The notes: a model not told the origin generated them from the sequence alone. Shown: positions 1-11,282, counted from the first letter of the stretch. The stretch is 64,000 nt of DNA from Eledone cirrhosa (GCA_964016885.1 OZ024742.1:298158001-298222000), one strand, 5' to 3'. Program-made: numbers and translations.

Positions 1-436
1 GAACAGAGCCCTGATGGACGCCAACTTTTACGCTAAACTCTTCACTATATTCGTTGTTAATTCTAACCTTGCTGACTGTTTCTTTATACATGGCTTGTAT
101 AGCCCTCACAAGCCATTCGTCAACGCCTAGTTTTCTAAGAGCCCACCAGATAATGGAGCGGGGGACTCTGTCGAAGGCTTTCTCCAGGTCGACAAAAGCT
201 AAGTAGAGGGGTTTACCTTTAGCTAGGTACTTCTCCTGTAGTTGTCGTACTATGAAAAGAGCGTCTGTGGTGCTTTTGCCCGACACAAACCCGAACTGCA
301 TTTCATCTAGGTCAATTCTCTTTCTGATTAGTTGCGCTATTACTTTTTCCGTGACCTTCATGACCTGGTCGATTAATTTAATGCCTCTATAGTTACTTCT
401 ATCTAGGGCGTCTCCTTTACCCTTATAACAGTTAAC
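1..436 (-). mobile_element. 5'-truncated RTE LINE fragment (RT region); runs off the window start
   Basis: Reverse complement matches 9108-9543 almost base for base (NCYKGKGDALDRSNYRGIKL...VDLEKAFDRVP...GVHQGSV). It stops just before a (TA)n tract. Confidence 0.95.
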
Positions 437-504
437 AAAATCCTATACATATATATATATATGTATATATATATATGTATGTATATATATATATATATAT
501 ACAT

Positions 505-1015
505 AGTTTTAATATAGATGAGATTCTACAGGACTAGAACTGTTTTATTCTTTAGAAATCATCAGGAATCTGGGTATCAAAAAATAAATATGGTATTTAT
601 AGGTCTCTACAAGTGGTAGGAGAGGGTGGTGAGTGAGATGGGTGTAGGTCATTGGTTGATAGAAAAGGGAATTCATTAAAAGCTAATTCTACAAAGCTAT
701 AGTTTATTTTTATTAATTTTTGTTTTTAGAGTAACAAAGGCAGACAGAATTCTATAAACAGGTTCCGGATGGCATACCATTCCTTGTCATTAAGTTTCTC
801 TTAAGCTAACAGATGTCTATAAGATCAGTGGGGGGGTCAGTGATGGTAGATAGAATTAAAGGAAAGGGAGATTCTTTAAAAGCTAAATTCATTAAGGTTC
901 TACTAAGTGACAAAGGTTTAGAGAATTCTGTAGACAGATTCAAAATACTGAGTGCATATCTTACAATTATCTTCGAACTTCTCTTAAACTAATCAACTAT
1001 ATGCCAAAAATCAAC
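505..1015 (-). mobile_element. Longer copy of the hammerhead-bearing Penelope-like non-coding element
   Basis: 505-657 is a near-identical copy of 2235-2388 and starts at the same AGTTTTAATATAG junction with (TA)n. The hammerhead GAAA is mutated to AAAA here. Unique sequence continues to about 1015 (end uncertain). Confidence 0.6.
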
Positions 1016-1034
1016 AGACACATTCACAAAAAAC

Positions 1035-1138
1035 ACACTTACTCACACACTCGCGCGCAACCATAAACACACATACACATACACATATACACACATAAAA
1101 ACACACACACATATATAAATATATTCATATACATATAT

Positions 1139-1201
<63 letters not shown>

Positions 1202-1334
1202 CACACATACATATACACACACACACACACACACACATATATACACATATATATACACTCACACACATACATACATACACACAAATATACATGTGTATAC
1301 ATATACACATATATAGACATAGAAATATATACAT

Positions 1335-1391
<57 letters not shown>

Positions 1392-1478
1392 TACATATAT
1401 ATACACACACACATATATATATATATATATACATATACACACACATACACACATATATATATATACATATATATACAT

Positions 1479-1529
<51 letters not shown>

Positions 1530-1716
1530 TATACATATACACACATATACATATATGTATATATATATGTATATATATATATATATATATACATGTTTAT
1601 TTATTTATTTAATATTGTAAATATACTCCAAATATTTGTCGAGTGCTTTTATATCAGTTATAAATATTTACTAGTTGTAACCCAACAATTTTAAATATAA
1701 CTTTCCATATATATAC

Positions 1717-1755
<39 letters not shown>

Positions 1756-1760
1756 CATAC

Positions 1761-1813
<53 letters not shown>

Positions 1814-1988
1814 TATATACATATATATATATATGTATATATATATAAGATCAAAAGATGGTTAAATGAGTTCCATGTATTTTATTATGCGCATTTCAAA
1901 AACAAATATCATATATATATACATATATATATATGTATGTATATATATTATATATATATACATATATATATATGTATATATGTATATA

Positions 1989-2019
<31 letters not shown>

Positions 2020-2026
2020 GTATATA

Positions 2027-2109
<83 letters not shown>

Positions 2110-2193
2110 ATGCAAGCGTGGAAGATGACGCTAAACGATGATGATGATGATGATACATATACATATATATACATATATATATATATATATTTA

Positions 2194-2234
<41 letters not shown>
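1035..2234. repeat. Compound (TA)n/(CA)n/(TATG)n microsatellite field with short unique islands
   Basis: Seen directly. It generates the Y/I/V/M low-complexity ORFs. Confidence 0.95.
2105..2154 (+). mobile_element. Tail-only RTE insertion (3' stem-loop plus (GAT)n)
   Basis: AACCCATGCAAGCGTGGAAGATGACGCTAAACGATGATGAT matches the 3' end of the RTE at about 10868-10930. Confidence 0.85.
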
Positions 2235-2238
<4 letters not shown>

Positions 2239-2250
2239 TTAATATAGATG

Positions 2251-2301
2251 AGATTCTACAGGACTAGAACTGTTTCATTCATTAGAAATCATCAGGAATC
2301 T
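2251..2301 (-). ncRNA. Antisense copy of the same hammerhead ribozyme motif
   Basis: Exact reverse complement of 2476-2526 in the left arm of the palindrome. Confidence 0.72.
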
Positions 2302-2475
2302 GGGTATCAAAAAAATAAATATGGTATTTATAGGTCTCTACAAGTGGTAGGAGAGGGTGGGGAGTGGGATGGGTGCAGGTCATTGGTTCAACCAATGACC
2401 TGCACCCATCCCACTCCCCACCCTCTCCTACCACTTGTAGAGACCTATAAATACCATATTTATTTTTTGATACCC

Positions 2476-2526
2476 AGATTCCTGATGATTTCTAATGAAT
2501 GAAACAGTTCTAGTCCTGTAGAATCT
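2476..2526 (+). ncRNA. Type I hammerhead ribozyme motif
   Basis: Stem I AGAUUC/GAAUCU, core CUGAUGA (2482-2488), short stem II UUC-UAAU-GAA with a U-U at its base, GAAA (2501-2504), stem III ACAG/CUGU, cleavage triplet GUA (2518-2520). Confidence 0.75.
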
Positions 2527-2700
2527 CATCTATATTAAAACTGTTATACTCTGCTATGTATTGAGTACCTTACTTACTGTGGTTACCTCCGATTCAACCC
2601 GGAATAACGTATATATATATATATGTAGATATGACTACCAATACTGGAATTGAATAATCAAGACCATAGTGGTATGTCATATATAAAATCATATATATAT

Positions 2701-2782
2701 GTCTGATGAGGACGTACTGAAAAAACAACACAGTACGTGTGAAATATATATAATAAAGTATATATTTTGTACGTCCTCATCA

Positions 2783-2785
<3 letters not shown>
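2701..2785 (+). repeat. 85-bp element with 17-bp terminal inverted repeats and a hammerhead-like core
   Basis: Ends are GTCTGATGAGGACGTAC and GTACGTCCTCATCAGAC, between (TA)n runs. Internally it reads CTGATGA, stem ACGTACTG/CAGTACGT, GAAA, TATA, TA. No convincing stem I. Confidence 0.55.
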
Positions 2786-2859
<74 letters not shown>

Positions 2860-2867
2860 CTATGTAT

Positions 2868-2979
2868 ATAGGAAAATACTCAGGACCCCGACGGCAGAGC
2901 TAAGTCATTTCGACGGCTATTACTGGAGTAAATTAAATTTTTAGCATGTTGATGATATAGCCGAACTCTTCATATATAT
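2868..2979 (-). mobile_element. Fragment related to the 3068 fold-back element
   Basis: Minus strand reads TAGCCGTCGAAATGACTTAGCTCTGCCGTCGGGGTC, versus TAGCCGTCGAAACGGCTTGAGCTCAGCTGTCGGGGTC at 3134-3170. About 2955-2979 is also an inverted copy of about 3286-3310. Confidence 0.6.
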
Positions 2980-3067
2980 GTGTATATATATATATATATA
3001 GATGTATATATATATATGTATATATGTATATATACATATATATACACATATATACATATATATATAT

Positions 3068-3261
3068 ATAGGAACCAGTAAGACCCCGACGCCTGAGTTC
3101 AAGCCGTTTCGACGGCTAATTCTGGTCCAGAATTAGCCGTCGAAACGGCTTGAGCTCAGCTGTCGGGGTCTTACTGGTTCCTATTACCCACTCTACTACC
3201 CTAAGTATTGAGTACTTTGGTGCGTTATGGTCCACCTGGTTCCTTACCACATTTCCTTCGT
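3068..3261 (+). mobile_element. Second fold-back Penelope-like element (58-bp arms plus tail) carrying the 3' half of a hammerhead
   Basis: Palindrome 3068-3184 centred on 3126, with 3 mismatches. GAAA at 3142, stem III ACGGCU/AGCUGU, GUC at 3162-3164. The tail shares GTATTGAGTAC with the 2543-2609 tail. Flanked by (TA)n. Confidence 0.65.
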
Positions 3262-3383
3262 TATATATATATATATACATACATATATATATGAAGAGTT
3301 CGGCTATATCAACACCACTTTAGAATTTTATATTTTGATTAAACTACTTTGCTTAGCACACTTTTTAATTGTTGTTGTTAATA

Positions 3384-3657
3384 TTGAAATCATATTGTTT
3401 CTTTATATAAAGACAAATTTTATTTGAACATTTATTGAATTAATCTAGCTAGTTTTGTTGTCTCTTTATGTAATTTCATTGGTTCACAATATTTATGGAG
3501 AAGTTTAGTTATAATCAATTGGTATTTCATAGCATGACTGTTTTATATCTTTTACTGTTTAGTCAGGAAGGAAAGGGGTAGTAGCTTTAAACTGGAGGCG
3601 TAGCCTAGCCCCAATGCTTGCAACAGTGTGAACTCTGCTAAAACTACCCCCAAAATA
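3384..3657 (+). repeat. About 274-bp non-coding repeat with an inverted copy at 11590-11864
   Basis: Reverse-complement match with few differences. Confidence 0.9.
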
Positions 3658-3809
3658 CATATACATATATATATATATATAATATACATATATATATATA
3701 CATATACATATATATATATATATACATATACACACATATATATATATATATATACATATACATACATATATATATATATATACACATATACATATATATA
3801 TACATATAC

Positions 3810-3841
<32 letters not shown>

Positions 3842-4006
3842 GAATACATATCTATATACATATATATATATCTATATACATATACATATACATATATATA
3901 CATTTACATATATATATACATATACATATATATACATATACACATATATATATATATACATATATATATACATATATATATATACATATACATACATATA
4001 TATATA

Positions 4007-6597
4007 CATCATCATCATCATCATCATCATTTTACGTCCGCCTTTCCCTGCTTGCAAGGGTGGAACGGGTATTATTCAGCATAGCATCTCTCCACTTGTC
4101 ACGGTCCTTCGTCATCTCCACCGTGAGCTTCAGCGATCTGAGGTCTGTTCTCACCACCTCCGCCCATGTTTTTTGTGGTCTACCTCTACCATGTCTTCCT
4201 TTAACTGGCATTACATTCTATCCCTCTCAGACACAGTTTCTCTCTCAACACATTCATTCTGGGTCGTTCATGCACATTGACACTGCACATCCAACGGAGG
4301 ATGCTTGCCTCATTTCTCTCCAGCCGTCGCCTATCCTCTGCAGTTGCTGCCCATGTCTCACTCCATGCAGCATCACGCTCCTCACACAGGCATCATATAA
4401 CCGGCCTTTCGTACGCAGGGAGAAACCCTTCTTCGTCAGCAGAGGAAGCAGCTCCCTAGACTTCTTCCAACCCATCCTTATTCTAGATACTATGGCCTCG
4501 GAACACCCCCCTCCCATGCTAATCTGATCTCCTAGGTACCAGAAGCTATCCACCACTTCTATAGCACCCGCTTGCATTTGAAAAATGCGTCTATCAATAC
4601 GACTTCTACTGTCTAATTTCCCTGTACATCTACTGCATATGTATTTCTCCCTACCTGTTAGTTTGCCTGCTATCGCACTACATCTCTTGTGTACCCAGGA
4701 TCTGCATTGTGTGCATTTTATAGAATTTATGCCAGTTCCTTTTCTGCATATCGAACATGGCCATTTCCCTGATGGAATCAGAGTTTTGTCCTCTTTTCTA
4801 CTCATCAACACTTTTCTCTTAGCTAGGTTCACTCTCAGTCCTCTTGCTTCCAACTGCTGTTTCCATAGCCAGAATTTATTCTCTAGCTCCTCTACTGATT
4901 CTGCTATAAAAACCAGATCGTCAGCATAGAGAAGTTCCCATGGACAGCCAGTCTTAAACTCCTCTGTTATGGCTTGGAGGACTATAATGAACAAGAGCGA
5001 GCTGAGAACTGAACCTTGATGTACTCCTATTTGTATCTGGAATTCCTCACTAAACTCCATTCCTACCCTGACATTACTGACAGTACCTCTGTACAAAGTT
5101 GCACTGTCCTCACAAGCCATTCCTCAACACCTAGTTTCCTTAGAGACCACTAGATGACAGATCGGGGTACCCTATCAAAGGCCTTCTCTAGGTTAACAAA
5201 GGCTAAGTATAGTGGCTTGTAATTGTCTCACGAAGAAGAAGGCATCTGTTGTACTCTTCCCAGGCACAAACGAAACTGCATCTCATTATAGTTTGAACCT
5301 TTCTCTAATTCGTTGTGCCACTTTCATAACCTGATCCATCAGTTTTATACCCCTATAATTGCTCCTCTCCAGAGCATCTCCTTTATCTTTGTAGCAATTT
5401 ATGAGAATACTGCTGCACCAGTTTTGGGGTATGACACCACCATATATAGCCTGATTGATGATGCATGCAACCATTTTATTGCCTACGTCCCCTGATGCCT
5501 TCAGCATCTCAGAAACTATCTCCGATAGTCCAGCAGCCTTACCATTTTTCATTTCCTTAATCGCCTCTTGGACCCTATATTCGTCAATCTCAATAGCTGA
5601 TCCCTCTGTCGGATCTACTGAGGGTAATTTCTCTCTCTCCTATTCGTTCTCCACATTCATCAGTCTCTCATAATGACATTTCCAGGCCCCCTTTTTCTGA
5701 TCATTCGTGACACTAAGTACACCGGCATCATTCCGGACACATTTATCTCCAACATCATCCTGATTTACATTGACACACTGCCTTGCAATGTGGAACACCG
5801 CACGTCTCTGATTGTCCCGTCGCAGAACATAGGCAAACCTCCTACTCTCAGCCTCCCTGTGTGCTAAGCACACCTGATGTCTAGCTTCTCTCTTAGCGGC
5901 TGTATATCCTTCTCTACTCCCACCCTTTTTCCAAATCCCACCCTTTTTCCAAGCCTTCCATGCTAGTCTTTTGTCTCTAATTCTCTAATGGCCTTATCTA
6001 CTGTGCTGTTCCACCACCAGGTCACTTTCTGTCTGGTTGGGGCTCCGCTCCAGCCACAAGTTTCATCAGTAGCCTGCAGTAAGTTGTCACGTAAGAAATT
6101 CCTGTTATTATCTGCCATATGTCTCTAAATCGTCTTCTTTTTCATCATACACATCTTGAAGGGTTTTCCTAAATTTGTATTTTAGTGAAAGGTCTTTTAG
6201 CTTCCAGACCTTTCTTCTCCACACCTTCCTGTATGTCTCATTCCATCTCTTGCTTTCTGAGATATCACTAACGATTAACCTATGCTGTGGGGTACATTCT
6301 TCCCCAAGGTATGCCTTGGTATTAGACACTATCTGCCTGTCCTGCTGCCTAACTAGCTAACTAGTAAGAAGTCAATCTGGCTTATATGCTCGCCAGATTT
6401 GTAGGTTATTAGGTGGTTGGCAGGTTTCTGGAGGTTAGTGTTGCAAATAGTTAGTGTACTTGCATCACAAAATTCAAGAAGTCTCACTCCTTCTTCGTTT
6501 CTTGAGCTGTAACCGTGCCCACCATGTACCCCAGTGTAACCATCCTGGAGCTGTCCAACATGATCATTGAAGTCCCCTGCTAGCATAACGATGTCAT
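4007..6597 (-). mobile_element. 5'-truncated, degraded RTE LINE (end of APE endonuclease, RT, PHD finger, (GAT)n tail)
   Basis: Fragmented ORFs contain AGDFNDHVG, QIDFLLV, NYRGIKL, GVHQGSVLS, LLYADD and CSIC...HKRC...CSRC, with several frameshifts and stops. (CAT)n at 4007-4030. Confidence 0.95.
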
Positions 6598-6619
6598 ATA
6601 TACATATATATATATATAC

Positions 6620-6740
6620 ACATCTGCTTGAGCATGACATGGTCACCTGACCTGGCATTTCTTACAACTGGACAACGCGTCTAACCCATGCATGCATGGA
6701 AAAATGGACGTTAAATGGTGATGATGATGATGATGATGAT
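6620..6740 (+). mobile_element. RTE-type 3' tail fragment
   Basis: CTAACCCATGCATGCATGGAAAAATGGACGTTAAATG(GAT)n. Confidence 0.75.
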
Positions 6741-6760
6741 ACATACATATATATATATAC

Positions 6761-6792
<32 letters not shown>

Positions 6793-6794
6793 CA

Positions 6795-7101
6795 TATCAT
6801 CATCATTTCATTTTACGTCCGCTTTTTCCCTGCTTGCAAGGGTGGGACTTGTTTTCTACAGCTGGATGCCGTTCCTAACACCAACCTCATTTACAGTGAG
6901 TGCTGGGTGCTTTTTTTCCGTGGCCCCTACACAACCACTTTGCAGTGGAATGATAGGGACCCCAGTCCCTATCATCTCATTTCTACAGCTGAGTAAACTG
7001 GAGCAATGTGAAATAAAGTGTCTTGCTCAAGGAAACAACACATTACCCGGTCCAACCTTTCGATTGCAAGGCCAATGTTCTAACCACTAAGCCATGTGCC
7101 T

Positions 7102-7102
<1 letters not shown>
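6795..7102 (-). mobile_element. tRNA-derived SINE with RTE-type tail (B box deleted)
   Basis: Inverted copy of 10942-11285 that lacks the segment containing GTTCAATTC. Confidence 0.88.
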
Positions 7103-7147
<45 letters not shown>

Positions 7148-7205
7148 GGATCTCATACAATCCTAACCTTCCAGCTAGCTACCCAACACCCCTCCCACCC
7201 GCCCC

Positions 7206-7301
7206 CACGCACCACCATTGTTATTACGTGGACCAATCATAAGCCAGAGCCCTCACGCATCACCATTATTATTACGCGGACCAATCATAAGCCAGAGGCC
7301 T
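7206..7301 (+). promoter_or_regulatory. Two tandem 48-bp monomers with CCAAT boxes in the RTE 5'UTR (putative internal promoter)
   Basis: Units start at 7206 and 7254 and each contains GGACCAATCA. The function is inferred. Confidence 0.45.
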
Positions 7302-7406
7302 ATACTATCGCTTGCCCGGTTGCCTTTCGATATATGATGGATGGATGGATGGACTGCGGAATCCTGGAGAGTGGAAGAGAGAGAAAAATCTGGACGCTCA
7401 GCGAAA

Positions 7407-10400
7407 ATGCCAAAGATAAAGACAAATTCACCTCGTGGATGAGAATCCGAGCACTCCTCTTTGTTTCGACCGCGGACGGCTAACATAACCCCACCTCCCC
7501 CCACCCCCCAACGCCCCCACCCTCCAAACGCAATCCAAAACTTCAGAGTTGGTACCATAAATGTAGGCACCCTAAAGGGTCGTGCTAACGAGGTTTTAGA
7601 AATGCTTGAACGTAAGGAGGTCGATGTTTGTTGTATTCAAGAGACCAGGTGGAGGGGTGGGTCTGCTAGATTCATTGAGGGTAAAAAACGATGTTATAAG
7701 CTTTTCTGGGTGGGAAACGACGATGGGCTGCGTGGAGTAGGAATCATGGTAGCAGAAAAGTGGGCAGATAAGATAATAGACGTAAATAGAGTGAACGACA
7801 GAATAATTAAAATACGACTTGTCCTCAATAGAACTACGGTGACAGTAATATCTGCGTATGCACCCCAATCCGGACTGCCCGGCACTATAAAAGACAGATT
7901 CTATGAGACACTGATGCTCACTACCCGCCAAATAACCGACAGTGACTATAGAATTATTGCAGGCGACCTAAATGGTCACGTTGGACAACATTGTGACGGC
8001 TACGATGAAATCCATGGAGGATATGGGTTTGGAACTAGAAATCAGGAAGGCTCCAGAATCCTGGAATTCTGTGACGCAAATAACCTAACTATCTGTAACA
8101 CTAACTTCAAAAAACGTGACAATCACCTGATCACCTATAGATCCGGGGAACACACAAGCCAGGTAGATTATATCCTTACCAGATGACGTGACAGAGTGTC
8201 TGTTGTAAACACTAAATCCCTCCCCCATGAATAATGCACCTCCCAACATAGACTGATAATTAGCGACCTCATAGTCAGGACGAGACATACTCGACAGCAG
8301 AAGAGGACTATCCTCAGGAGAAAAATATGGAAGCTAAAGGACCCCACAGCCAGAAATAAATTTCAAAGCATATTACTTGATGCTTTCAACAGTAAGGAAG
8401 AGCATTTAGAGTCGGACAATATAGAGGGACAGTGGGAATTTCTGAAAGCAAACCTGCTGATGGCGACAGACGAAGTCTGTGGCTGGAGCAGGCCTGTAGG
8501 CAGGAGGAGAGTAACATGGTGGTAGAACAGTAAGGTGGAGGGGTCAATTAAGGCCAAAAAGCAGGCTTGGAAAGTATGGCGGGATGGGGGAAGTAGAGAA
8601 GACTATCAAGTGGTCAGGAGGGAAGCTAGGAGCCAAGTGTACTTCGCAAGAAGGGAAGCAGAGGAGAGAAAGTTCAAGCATGTTCTACAACGCGAGGACC
8701 AAAAACGTGAGGTGTTCAGGATTGCTAGGCAATGCGTCAAGGAAAACCGTGATATTGTCGGGGAGAAGTGTGTACTTAATGATGACAGCGTACTTGCCAT
8801 CACCGACGCTGATAAGAAGGTAGCTTGGAAGTGTCACTATGAAAGGCTACTAAATGAGGAGAATAAATGGGAGAAAGACAGTCTCCCCCACATCGACCCA
8901 ATAGAGGGACCAGCAGTGTTAGTCGAGGGGAGTATAATAAGTAAGGCAATCAAGGATATGAAGACGGGTAAGGCGGCTGGGCCTTCGGAAATAGTTGCGG
9001 AGATGCTGAAGGCATCTGGCACGGTGGGACACACCATGGTCACCCGCATAGTTAACCAAGTCGTACAGAATGGGGTTGTTCCGAAGGACTGGCATAGCAG
9101 CATCATCGTTAACTGTTATAAGGGTAAAGGAGATGCTCTAGATAGAAGTAACTATAGAGGCATTAAATTAATCGACCAGGTCATGAAGGTCACGGAAAAA
9201 GTAATAGCGCAACTAATCAGAGAGAGAATTGACCTAGATAAAATGCAGTTCGGGTTTGTGTCAGGCAAAAGTACCACAGACGCTCTTTTCATTGTACGAC
9301 AACTACAGGAGAAGTACCTAGCTAAAGGTAAACCCCTTTACTTAGCTTTTGTCGACTTGGAGAAAGCCTTCGACAGAGACCCCCGCTCCATTATCTGGTG
9401 GGCTCTTAGAAAACTAGGTGTTGACGAATGGCTTGTGAGAGCTATACAAGCCATGTATAAAGAAACAGTCAGCAAGGTTAGAATTAACAATGAATATAGT
9501 GAAGAGTTTAGCGTAAAAGTTGGCGTCCATCAGGGCTCTGTTCTCAGCCCCCTACTATTTATTATTGCCCTTCAGGCTATAACAGAGGAGTTCAAGACCG
9601 GCTGCCCATGGGAACTCCTATACGCAGACGACCTGACACTCATAGCGGAATCAATGGCCGAGCTAGAGAAGAAATTCCAAACATGGAAGAACGGCCTAGA
9701 ATCAAAAGGACTTAAAATTAACCTGGCTAAGACTAAAGTTCTAGTTTGTAAGAAAGAAAATAAGGCGGCGGTCCCTTCTGGGAAATGGTCATGCTCGGTG
9801 TGTAGGAAAGGCGTAGGTAGAAACTCCATTTTATGTCCTAAATGCAAAGTATGGGTGCATAAAAGATGTAGTGGGATCACAGGTAAGCTAACTAAGAACA
9901 TAGATTTTATATGTGGCCGGTGCTCTGGTGCAATAAGTAGCAGCAAGTGCCCACAAAATACTAGCTCTTTCAATTGCGCAGAGGGTTCTATAGAAATAGT
10001 GGACAGCTTCCGTTACCTTGGCGATAAAATCAGCAGTGGGGGAGGGTGCTCTGAAAGTACCGTAGCTAGAGTCAGAACTGGTTGGAAAAAGTTCAGAGAG
10101 CTTATACCACTATTAGCTGCTAAAGGGTTCTCCCTAAAAATGAAAGGCAGGTTGTATGATGCCTGCATACGAACAGCAATGTTGCATGGCAGTGAGACCT
10201 GTGTGCAGAGGATATATGCAGACTAGAGAGGAACGAAGCTTGCATGCTCTGCTGGATGTGTAACAGTAATATACGTGAACGGCAAAGCATAAACGAACTA
10301 AGGAAAAAATTAGAAATAAGAGGGATCAGATGTTGTTTACTCGAGAGAAGGCTACGTTGGTATGGACACGTGATGCGCATGAAAGTCGATAGCTGTATAA

Positions 10401-10570
10401 CAAAGTGCAGGGCAATAAAGATAGACGGTAGCCACGGAATAGGCAGACCTAGAAAAACCTGGGACGAGCTGATAAACTCCGACCTCACACACTTACACCT
10501 CTCCAAGACAATGTCACTGGACTGAGACCTTTGGCGGTACTCAGTAACAGAGAAGACCCACCTTACCTAA
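7407..10570 (+). pseudogene. Disrupted endonuclease-reverse transcriptase ORF of the RTE LINE
   Basis: ATG at 7407 is in frame with ORFs 7461 and 8535. In-frame stops: TGA 7440, TGA 8184, TAA 8232, TAG 8523. A frameshifting deletion near 10200 is followed by TGA 10523 and a likely true stop TAA at 10568-10570. Confidence 0.9.
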
Positions 10571-10941
10571 ATACATAGTAAAACCTACTACAGCCAGTAG
10601 GCATCTCTAACAAAATACACCTATGTAAAGTTATGTTGGTGCCGCGCCAACCAGGCCGAAACAAATGAGATCGTGTAGGTGTCACGACAAAAAAACACAC
10701 AGTCCACGCTGTAATGTGGCCGTGTAGGCAACACGGTAAAAACCTCCCAGACCCACACTGTAAATGTGGTTGGTGTTAGGAAGGGCATCCAACTGTAGAA
10801 AACCTGCCAGACAGTCCTATGCGAGCAAGACAATCACTCTTGCCTCAAGTGGGAATACCCCCGTCCAAACCCATGCAAGCGTGGAACACGGACGTTAAAC
10901 GTTGATGATGATGATGATGATGATGATGATATACATATATA

Positions 10942-11282
10942 GAGGCACATGGCTTAGTGGTTAGAGCATTGGCCTTGCAATCGTAAGGTTGTGAGTTCAA
11001 TTCTCAGACTGGGTAATGTGTTGTTTCCTTGAGCAAGACACTTTATTTCACATTGCTCCAGTTTACTCAGCTGTAGAAATGAGATGATAGGGACTGGGGT
11101 CTCTATCATACCACTGCAAAGTGGTCGTGGAGGTGCCACGGCAAAAAAGCACACAGCACTCACTGTAAATGAGGTTGGTGTTAGGAAGGGCATCCAGCTG
11201 TAGAAAACAAACCAGAATCAGTTCCCGTCCCACCCTTGCAAGCAGGGAAAAAGAGGACGTAAAATGAAATGAATGATGAAAT

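Larger units (their letters stand above)
2235..2609 (+). mobile_element. Fold-back non-autonomous Penelope-like element (154/153-bp inverted arms plus unpaired 3' tail)
   Basis: 2235-2388 is the reverse complement of 2390-2542, differing by one base in an A/T run. The 2543-2609 tail ends in (TA)n. Both arms carry a hammerhead motif. Confidence 0.75.
7146..10930 (+). mobile_element. Near full-length RTE-clade LINE (5'UTR, single APE-RT ORF, 3'UTR, (GAT)n tail)
   Basis: APE motifs GTINVGTL, CIQETRW, SAYAP, AGDLNGHVG, QVDYIL. RT motifs NYRGIKL, QFGF, DLEKAFD, GVHQGSVLSP, YADD, FRYLG. C-terminal RLRWYGHV...GRPRKTW. Preceded by (TA)n. Confidence 0.97.

Noticed and set aside
1636-1649. TTGTCGAGTGCTTT shared with the 31.2-32.0 kb repeats
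   Set aside because: A 14-mer match is expected by chance in a window this size, and the flanks do not align.
1039-2247. Y/I/V/M/C-rich ORFs (also 3552-4057, 18318-18701, 36501-36881, 54917-56418)
   Set aside because: Translations of (TA)n, (CA)n and (ATGT)n microsatellites that are open only because they lack stop codons.
7596-10506. Minus-strand ORFs over the RTE, and plus-strand ORFs over 4007-6597 and 42982-44090
   Set aside because: Antisense shadows of LINE coding sequence with no motifs of their own.
10942-11015. Possible tRNA gene
   Set aside because: A and B boxes are present but there is no proper acceptor stem, and it continues into a repeated SINE body.
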